In this document: one piece after another, positions 1 through 5,559 of the stretch
How the letters are laid out: each line of letters starts with the position of its first letter
How positions within the stretch are numbered: position 1 is the stretch's first letter
Assembly (NCBI GenBank): GCA_964398435.1
Contig: CAYNNW010000045.1
Span: 1 to 10,045, forward strand
From: an uncultured Gaiellales bacterium
GTDB taxonomy: Bacteria > Actinomycetota > Thermoleophilia > Gaiellales > SKUG01
Length of the DNA stretch: 10,045 nucleotides
Direction: 5' to 3'
Notes under the pieces: model-generated
What the model was told of the DNA's origin: nothing
The model's input: only the letters and a program-made list of their open reading frames with translations
Databases searched by the model: none
Program-made: the position numbers and the translations under genes

Positions 1-211
1 GGCATCGATGACCGACCCTGAGCGCAGCGAATTCATGCAGCCCATCCTCGACAAGTACGAGCACGAGGGCAGCGCCTGGTACTCAACCGCACGCATCTGG
101 GACGACGGAGTGATCGAACCGGCCCAGACCCGCGATGTCCTGGGCATGAGTCTGGCAATAACTCTCAACGCGCCGATTGGCGATACCAGCTTCGGCGTCT
201 TCCGAATGTAA
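1..211 (+). CDS. liuB: 3-methylcrotonyl-CoA carboxylase beta subunit (carboxyltransferase), C-terminal fragment; 5' end lies outside the window
   Basis: Frame-2 ORF ends with ...YSTARIWDDGVIEPAQTRDVLGMSLAITLNAPIGDTSFGVFRM-stop. This matches the conserved C-terminus of acyl-CoA carboxylase carboxyltransferase beta subunits, and the MCCC2/MccB-type ...FRM end. The MCCase call over PCC/ACC is from context (hydratase, alpha subunit and HMG-CoA lyase downstream). Confidence 0.8.
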   Translation, partial: ASMTDPERSEFMQPILDKYEHEGSAWYSTARIWDDGVIEPAQTRDVLGMSLAITLNAPIGDTSFGVFRM

Positions 212-218
212 GTGCAGC

Positions 219-665
219 TCAGCTGCCGTCGAACACCTGGGTCGACGGCGGGCTTGTGACAAGGCGCACTGCACTGGTCAGTCGATCGATCGCACCCTGG
301 GCGCTTGAGCGGATGACCGGAATGTCGAACGACAGTCCTTCGCTGGCACGCAGCACCTCATCGGCGGCGCGGCGAACGAGTCCCGCAGCGTCACGCGCAA
401 ACGAGGTAGCCCCGCTCGGTATCGACGCCGGAAGCACCGACGCGTGGGCCAGCGCATCATGAATGCTCCCGCTGATCCGTCCGAGGTGCATCAGCGCAAG
501 GTCATGCCGAACGGGTGAGTCGAGCGGCATCGAGCGAATGTGCGCGAGTTCGTCGACCGCGCCACGGAGTGGCGTGGTGTATCGGGCTACGCTGGGCTGT
601 GGAGCAGTCGGGTTGATCACGACACGCAGTCCTTCCGTACGCTGTAACACCCGGCGTCGTGGCAC
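219..665 (-). CDS. hypothetical protein (148 aa), GTG start
   Basis: ORF on minus strand. A GAAGG Shine-Dalgarno-like motif sits 6 nt upstream of the GTG (reverse complement of 663-665). The upstream in-frame ATG is immediately followed by a stop. Amino-acid composition is mixed (D, E, H, I present) rather than the R/P-rich junk typical of wrong frames. It is convergent with liuB and divergent from the membrane protein gene. Weakness: its 3' end overlaps a strong hairpin (225-249). Confidence 0.3.
   Translation of the reverse strand: MPRRRVLQRTEGLRVVINPTAPQPSVARYTTPLRGAVDELAHIRSMPLDSPVRHDLALMHLGRISGSIHDALAHASVLPASIPSGATSFARDAAGLVRRAADEVLRASEGLSFDIPVIRSSAQGAIDRLTSAVRLVTSPPSTQVFDGS
225..249. 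terminator. candidate stem-loop (8-bp perfect stem GCCGTCGA / TCGACGGC, 9-nt loop) 14 nt downstream of the liuB stop
   Basis: Read directly: gccgtcga acacctggg tcgacggc. It sits between convergent liuB (+) and the 219..665 (-) ORF but overlaps the last codons of the latter. No T-tract follows. Confidence 0.3.
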
Positions 666-775
666 GGGTCGCCTTCACATCGCGTCGCACGCCATTCGCC
701 GCCGCCCGCCTCCGGCAATCCGGCCGCCATCGGTGCTGCCGATGGCCGTCACCGGACTGCTCAGCTCTGCCGGGT

Positions 776-1108
776 ATGCTCAACAGCATGGAGACTGACC
801 CAACACCAACGAGCACTGCGACAACACTCCCCGACTGGCTGCGCATCGCCAGCGCGATAGGGGCCGGAGTTGGCGTCGCAGCAGTTGCGACAGGCATCTA
901 CATCGCGGTAGCAGGGGTCGTTGGAAGCCTTGCGTCGCTGACTCTGTACGTCGTCGTGCCGGCAGCAGTGACCGCACTCACACTTCGTCGATCGCGCTGG
1001 TGGGTGCGCCTGCTAGCTGCTCTTGGCTCGGTCTTCGTTGGATTCATCGTGCTCATTGTCGTGTTCATGATCGCGATGGCCGGAATGCAGTTCGCCGCCG
1101 TCGGCTAG
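776..1108 (+). CDS. small integral membrane protein (~110 aa, 2-3 predicted TM helices); alternative start ATG 788
   Basis: ORF in frame 2. After a short polar Thr/Pro N-terminus the protein is almost entirely hydrophobic (IASAIGAGVGVAAVATGIYIAVAGVVGSLASLTLYVVVPAAV..., then WWVRLLAALGSVFVGFIVLIVVFMIAMAGM). The 659 start in the ORF track is an over-extension. No clear SD before either ATG. Confidence 0.5.
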   Translation: MLNSMETDPTPTSTATTLPDWLRIASAIGAGVGVAAVATGIYIAVAGVVGSLASLTLYVVVPAAVTALTLRRSRWWVRLLAALGSVFVGFIVLIVVFMIAMAGMQFAAVG

Positions 1109-1268
1109 CCGTCGCGCATGCGCCATCGTGTCAGCGCGGCCGCAAAGCGTTGACGAAGCGTCACATTCGTCGCACTGTAGAAGCAGATACCACGCGCGTG
1201 TGCGCTGCGTTCGCCCCACGAACCCTGCGCTCCCCACCAACCACGCGTGACTGGTCAAGGAGCAGATC

Positions 1269-1871
1269 GTGCAGGCACAGCTTCGACAGATGCGAAAGGC
1301 CGGAACCCTCGTGGTTGCGCTGGCCATTGCCCTGATCCTGCTGCTGGGGCTGGGTACCCCGTCGGCATCGGCAGCAGTTCCCGCGGGCTACAAAGGATTG
1401 GCGCGCGTTGCTCCGGCCGACCGCGGCTACTATGCACCGGCGTGGCGCTGGTATCAGGGCTCGGGCTGGGCCGGCGGCTGGCGCGAGCGAGACCTGTGGG
1501 TCTGGGTGCAGCCATATGCAGATTCGTACGTCTGGACATACCGGAGCGATCGCGGCTGGGTCGCGATGAAAGGCGCCGACCTGGCGCCCTGGACCGAGCT
1601 TCGCGGCACGGTCACCTACGGTCCGATGTGCCCTGTCGAGCCGTGCTCCCTGCGGCAGCCCGTCATCCAGCTGACGTTCACCAGCCGCTCGACTGGCAAG
1701 GTCGTCGCACAGACCACCACCAGCAGTAGCTCGTATCAGACCTGGATGCCCCCGGGTGAGTACGTCGTGACCGCCAAGCCGTCAGGCATGTACATGTCAC
1801 CGCGAACCATCCGGCTCGGCGCAACCGGTTCGGCGAAGGTCAACTTCTCGATCGACACCGGAATTCGCTGA
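1269..1871 (+). CDS. secreted Trp-rich protein with C-terminal carboxypeptidase-regulatory-like / transthyretin-like beta-sandwich domain
   Basis: GTG start at 1269 preceded by AAGGAG (1257-1262) with a 6 nt spacer. Classic signal peptide (MRKAGTLVVALAIALILLLGLGTPSASA|AVPAG). The N-terminal half is very Trp/Tyr rich (AWRWYQGSGWAGGWRERDLWVWVQPY...YVWTYRSDRGWV). The C-terminal ~90 aa show the G-V-x-G-P...G-Y pattern (LRGTVTYGPMCPVEP...PGEYVVTAKPSGMY) reminiscent of CarboxypepD_reg folds. Confidence 0.65.
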   Translation: MQAQLRQMRKAGTLVVALAIALILLLGLGTPSASAAVPAGYKGLARVAPADRGYYAPAWRWYQGSGWAGGWRERDLWVWVQPYADSYVWTYRSDRGWVAMKGADLAPWTELRGTVTYGPMCPVEPCSLRQPVIQLTFTSRSTGKVVAQTTTSSSSYQTWMPPGEYVVTAKPSGMYMSPRTIRLGATGSAKVNFSIDTGIR

Positions 1872-1872
1872 T

Positions 1873-3912
1873 CTACTGGCCCGGAAGCGGGCCCACGATC
1901 GGCGGTTTGGGCTTCGAGGAGACCCGATCAACGATGTCGCGCCCCCGGTCCACCAGATCCTCGTAGCGGTCGGCATATCCCTCGGCGGTCTCAAACAGCG
2001 ACTCTGCGGAATCTGCCAGGTCGTCGAGGGCCTCGGGTGCGGCATCTGCGTACTTCCGTGCCGTCTCAGCCGCCTGACGTCGAATCTCGTCCGCGTCGTG
2101 GGTTGTCTGCGCGACTTTGGCTGACAGCGTTGCCGTCGCTCCGCCACCGTTGCTCGAGGACGACTCGGATGCCCCGACTCGCGGCCGAGTACCACTGCCG
2201 TCGAGCGCGCGTTCAAACCGTCGGCTGATCGAGTCGGCAGCGTATCCCCCTGTTGAAGCCGAATCCCGGTATCCAGCCGGCCCGGCAGGGGTTCGACCGC
2301 CGCCAGGGAATCCACCGCCACGCGCTGAGCCCCGTGCGCCACCGCCGCTACCACTGCCAACGAGATCGCCACCGTCTCCGTCGTCGCCGGGCGGAAGTCC
2401 ACCGCCGCCACGCCAGCTTCCGCCGCCGTCGGGACCGTCGATCCCGCCGATGCCGGTCAGTGCGCTGCGGACGACCGGCAGGACGCTGATGCCCATCGTC
2501 ACGGCCTCCATCAGCGTGCTGTTGACGCCTTCGGCACCGTTGAGCACCGTGAACTGCCCGACGTTGTCGAAGCTCGCCGCTGCCGCGGTCACGACCTCAG
2601 GCAGGCGCTCGACCAGCTGTTGCGTGATCACGGCGTCCTGATTCTCTGCAAGTGCCTCTGCCCGGGCCCGCACGGCGGCACCCTCAGACAGACCCTGCTC
2701 CTTCGTGACTTCCGCAATGGCCAGACCCTGAGCTCGGTCAGCTTCACTCTGTGCCAGACCCTGCTGGCGACGCACCTCGGCAAGAGCCAGACCCTGGGCC
2801 TTCTGCGATTCACTCTCTGCCACACCGCGCTGCTTGATGACCTCGGCTGCGGCCGTACCCTGTGCTTTTGCGGCTTCGGCCTCGGCAAGACCGGCCTGCT
2901 TGGTCTGCTCCGCGCGGGCCATCGCTTCGGCGATGGCCGCATCACGGGCGGCTTCGGCACTCACTCGCACACGATACGCCTCGGCGTCAGCGGGCTTGCG
3001 CACTTCGGTTTCGAGTCGCTTCTCCTGGCGGTCCGCCTCGAGCTCCGCAATCTTCGCTTCCTGCACGACGACTGCCTGTCGCGCCTGGGCTTCGGCGAGC
3101 GGTCCGGCCTGCTGGGCCTGTGCCAGCGCGGTATCGGCGTTTGCCTGAGCTGCCGCCTGTTGGATGCGCGATTGGCTTTCGGACTCGGCCTTACGTGCCG
3201 TCGCCTCTGCCTCGCGCTGCGTGGCCTCCTGGTCAGCATTGGCGCGCGCGATCCGCGCTTCCTTCTCAACACGCGCCGCTTCTGGAGCCGCAAGGTTGCT
3301 GATGTAGCCGGTGGGGTCATCGACCTTCTGGATCTGGAACGAGTCGATCCTCAGGCCCAGGCGGTCGAGGTCCTCGCCGCAGGCGGCACGCACGGCCTTG
3401 GCAAGCTCCTCGCGGTTGCGCATGATGTTTTCAACGGTCATCGTGCCGATCACTGCACGCAGGTGGCCAGCCAGAACGTTGTGGATCTGGTTGCGCATTT
3501 CTTCGCGATCATTGAATCGACGAACTGCCTTGGCGATCGACAGCACATCGTCGCCCACCTTGTACAGCACGACCGCTTCCAGGTCGAGCGGAATGCCCTG
3601 CGTGGTAACCGACTCGATCTGGAGCAGTGCCTCCTCGGCGCCCAGCGAGATCCGGGTCATTCGCTGCACGCCGGGCTTCAGCAGGACGCCCTTGCCCACA
3701 ACAACCTTGAAGTCGAGATTCTGGGCAGGCGCCTCCGGGTCAGCCGCGGTCAGCTGGTCCCGCAGCGCCTTGGGCAACGACGCTCCCATGCCGGTAATCA
3801 CGATTGCCTCGCTGGCGCCGGCAACTCGCCAGAACATCTTGAACACGATCGTGACACCGATCGCAGCGAAGAAGACGGCCGCAATCGTTCCTATGGGCAG
3901 CTCAAAATCCAT
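1873..3912 (-). CDS. SPFH/band-7 flotillin-like protein (679 aa) with extended Gly-rich disordered tail and acidic C-terminal segment
   Basis: AGGAG 9 nt upstream of ATG (reverse complement of 3913-3930). N-terminal TM helix (IGTIAAVFFAAIGVTIVFKMFW). SPFH core (EAIVITG...VVGKGVLLKPG...LDLEAVVLYKV). Long coiled-coil with flotillin-type A/E/Q-rich repeats (AQGLALAEVRRQQGLAQSEADRAQGLAIAEVTKEQGLSEG). A ~200 aa extension follows (GIGGIDGPDGGGSWRGGGG...GGGFPGGGRT...) ending in an acidic helical tail (EALDDLADSAESLFETAEGYADRYEDLVDRGRD). The stop is 1 nt from the convergent secreted-protein stop. Confidence 0.88.
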   Translation of the reverse strand: MDFELPIGTIAAVFFAAIGVTIVFKMFWRVAGASEAIVITGMGASLPKALRDQLTAADPEAPAQNLDFKVVVGKGVLLKPGVQRMTRISLGAEEALLQIESVTTQGIPLDLEAVVLYKVGDDVLSIAKAVRRFNDREEMRNQIHNVLAGHLRAVIGTMTVENIMRNREELAKAVRAACGEDLDRLGLRIDSFQIQKVDDPTGYISNLAAPEAARVEKEARIARANADQEATQREAEATARKAESESQSRIQQAAAQANADTALAQAQQAGPLAEAQARQAVVVQEAKIAELEADRQEKRLETEVRKPADAEAYRVRVSAEAARDAAIAEAMARAEQTKQAGLAEAEAAKAQGTAAAEVIKQRGVAESESQKAQGLALAEVRRQQGLAQSEADRAQGLAIAEVTKEQGLSEGAAVRARAEALAENQDAVITQQLVERLPEVVTAAAASFDNVGQFTVLNGAEGVNSTLMEAVTMGISVLPVVRSALTGIGGIDGPDGGGSWRGGGGLPPGDDGDGGDLVGSGSGGGARGSARGGGFPGGGRTPAGPAGYRDSASTGGYAADSISRRFERALDGSGTRPRVGASESSSSNGGGATATLSAKVAQTTHDADEIRRQAAETARKYADAAPEALDDLADSAESLFETAEGYADRYEDLVDRGRDIVDRVSSKPKPPIVGPLPGQ

Positions 3913-4081
3913 TGGGTGCTCGCTCCTGAGTCAGTTGCCCGCGCAATCGCGCGTAGTCCGGGCGTGACCTGCCCGCGATTCCGGCATCGAAAACGCGGTA
4001 CCACCACCCGACTCACTGGCGATCGGGCTCGCGGGGCGATCAGAGGCACCTGGGCCATCAGGGCCACCGTCGGGCGCATCG
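3913..4081. promoter_or_regulatory. divergent intergenic region between the flotillin-like gene (-) and the unknown Trp-rich protein gene (+); presumed divergent promoters
   Basis: 169 bp lie between two divergently oriented start codons. The only ORF covering it (3931..4356, minus) shows no GC3 bias in this stretch. No specific -10/-35 elements could be assigned confidently. Confidence 0.3.
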
Positions 4082-4714
4082 GTGTCCACGTTGGTAACCG
4101 CTCCCTCGAAGCGCGAGCTGATCCCGCCTAGGCTTGATTTCATGCCGTCGATATCTCCGAGTTCACCTGTCCGCCCGCAGGCACCAGCGACCACCGAGCC
4201 GTCCCCCCGCCCGATCGGGGGCCTGCGCTTTGAGTACAACCTGCCGTCGCGTATGCCTGGCAATGGCGACAAGGTGATGACGATCGACTTTGTCGAAAAC
4301 AGCCCACGACTCGAGATCGAGAATGTGCGGATCGGAGTTGGCCGGATGAGCGACATCAGCCCCGTCGCTCCACGGTCACGAACGTTCTCGCCGGCGAAGG
4401 TCGACCCGGCTCATCCAATGCAGGCCCGGACAGACGCGCTGGAGGCAACGCTGAGCGAACTGCTGCCCCGCATCCAGTCGAACTATCGGGCCGGCGACAA
4501 GCCCAGCAACTCGTTTGGCTGGGCAAACAACGAGTGGACGCTGATGACGCCGACAATGTCGGGCGACAAGCCGTGGCACTGGGTATGGGGGAAGTTCACC
4601 GGCAGAAATGCCCCCACCGATCCTGACCTGCGGGCCGTTTCCACGGCATTGGGTGACTATGCCCGCGACGTCTGGAAGTCCTTCGACCACTACGGACGGC
4701 CGCGGGCAACCTGA
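4082..4714 (+). CDS. hypothetical protein, Trp-rich C-terminal region; start uncertain (alternatives ATG 4142, GTG 4274/ATG 4277)
   Basis: Strong GC3 bias from about 4380 to the stop at 4714. C-terminal segment GWANNEWTLMTPTMSGDKPWHWVWGKFTGRNAPTDPDLRAVSTALGDYARDVWKSFDHYGRP. The N-terminal ~60 codons are Pro/Ser-rich low complexity with weaker bias, so the true start may be internal. It ends 26 bp before the hydratase start. Confidence 0.5.
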   Translation: MSTLVTAPSKRELIPPRLDFMPSISPSSPVRPQAPATTEPSPRPIGGLRFEYNLPSRMPGNGDKVMTIDFVENSPRLEIENVRIGVGRMSDISPVAPRSRTFSPAKVDPAHPMQARTDALEATLSELLPRIQSNYRAGDKPSNSFGWANNEWTLMTPTMSGDKPWHWVWGKFTGRNAPTDPDLRAVSTALGDYARDVWKSFDHYGRPRAT

Positions 4715-4740
4715 CCGCTCGGGGTAGGATCGTCAGCGCT

Positions 4741-5559
4741 ATGGCTGACTCGATTGACTACCAACACATCCGTGTCGAACGCGACGGAGCAATTACGCGC
4801 GTAACGCTCGCCCGCCCCGAGGTGCTCAATGCCTTTGGCGCGCTCCTGATTGAGGAGATCGGCGACGTATTTCTGCGACTGCACCGCGACCGGCAGACCC
4901 GCGCGGTGGTGCTGGCCGGCGACGGGCGCTGTTTCAGCGCGGGTGCCGATGCGAATTGGATGCGGGACAGCGTCGGCTATACCCGTCAGCAGAACGTGGA
5001 TGACGCCACGCGATTGGCGCTGATGCTCGATGCGATCGCCGGCTGCGACAAGCCTGTGGTCTGCAAGGTCCATGGTCTGGCAATCGGCGGCGGACTGGGA
5101 ATCGTCAGCGCAGCGGATTACGTGGTCTCTGCGGATTCGACCATGTTCGCGTTCAGTGAGGTGAAGCTGGGTCTTGTTCCGGCTGTCATCTCCCCATGGG
5201 TTCTGAATCGAATCGGTCCGGGAGCCGCGCGGGCACTGTTCGTCACCGGGGAGCGTTTCGACGCGCGACGCGCAGAGCGGATCGGGCTCGTGCATTCGTG
5301 CGTCACCGAAGAGCGTCTGGATGAGGAGGTCGATCGGGTCGTCGGCGAGCTGCTGACTGCCGGGCCCGAGGCGATTGCGATCACCAAGCATCTCGTCAAC
5401 GATGTGATGTTCCACACACCCCGCGATGCAATGGCCCGCACGGTCGAGACGATTGCGAGCAAGCGCACAGACCCCGAGGCCCAGGAGGGATTGGGCGCCT
5501 TCCTCGACAAGCGGCGGCCGTCGTGGATGTCACCCGACCATGATCCGGCATGGGTATGA
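4741..5559 (+). CDS. liuC: enoyl-CoA hydratase/isomerase (crotonase) family protein, probable methylglutaconyl-CoA hydratase
   Basis: N-terminus IRVERDGAITRVTLARPEVLNAF. Oxyanion-hole/crotonase core FSAGADANWM...GLAIGGGLGIVSAADYVVSADSTMFAFSEVKLGLVP. The specific function is inferred from its position between MCCase subunits and HMG-CoA lyase. The stop overlaps the next gene start (ATGA at 5556-5559). Confidence 0.85.
   Translation: MADSIDYQHIRVERDGAITRVTLARPEVLNAFGALLIEEIGDVFLRLHRDRQTRAVVLAGDGRCFSAGADANWMRDSVGYTRQQNVDDATRLALMLDAIAGCDKPVVCKVHGLAIGGGLGIVSAADYVVSADSTMFAFSEVKLGLVPAVISPWVLNRIGPGAARALFVTGERFDARRAERIGLVHSCVTEERLDEEVDRVVGELLTAGPEAIAITKHLVNDVMFHTPRDAMARTVETIASKRTDPEAQEGLGAFLDKRRPSWMSPDHDPAWV

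Noticed and set aside
463-798. Plus-strand ORFs 256..462 and 463..798
   Set aside because: Arg/Cys/Ser-rich low-complexity products typical of out-of-frame translation of GC-rich DNA. They overlap the better-supported minus ORF and the membrane protein gene.
2117-2641. 174 aa plus-strand Pro-rich ORF (and 2253..2489 Arg-rich ORF)
   Set aside because: They are the mirror images of the Gly-rich flotillin tail (GGN codons read antisense as NCC, giving Pro). The composition is an artefact.
2620-4131. 503 aa plus-strand ORF
   Set aside because: It runs antisense across the flotillin gene. Its product is Leu/Arg/Gly-rich with no domain logic (LGLLRFTLCHTALLDDLGCGRTLCF...). The minus-strand frame has the RBS, TM helix and SPFH motifs. 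A long open antisense frame is a common artefact of high GC.
3931-4356. 141 aa minus-strand ORF upstream of flotillin, considered as a possible NfeD-like partner
   Set aside because: No hydrophobic N-terminus or OB-fold-like pattern. No GC3 bias in the part not shared with the plus-strand gene (3931-4081). It overlaps the better-supported 4082..4714 plus ORF. More likely divergent promoter DNA.
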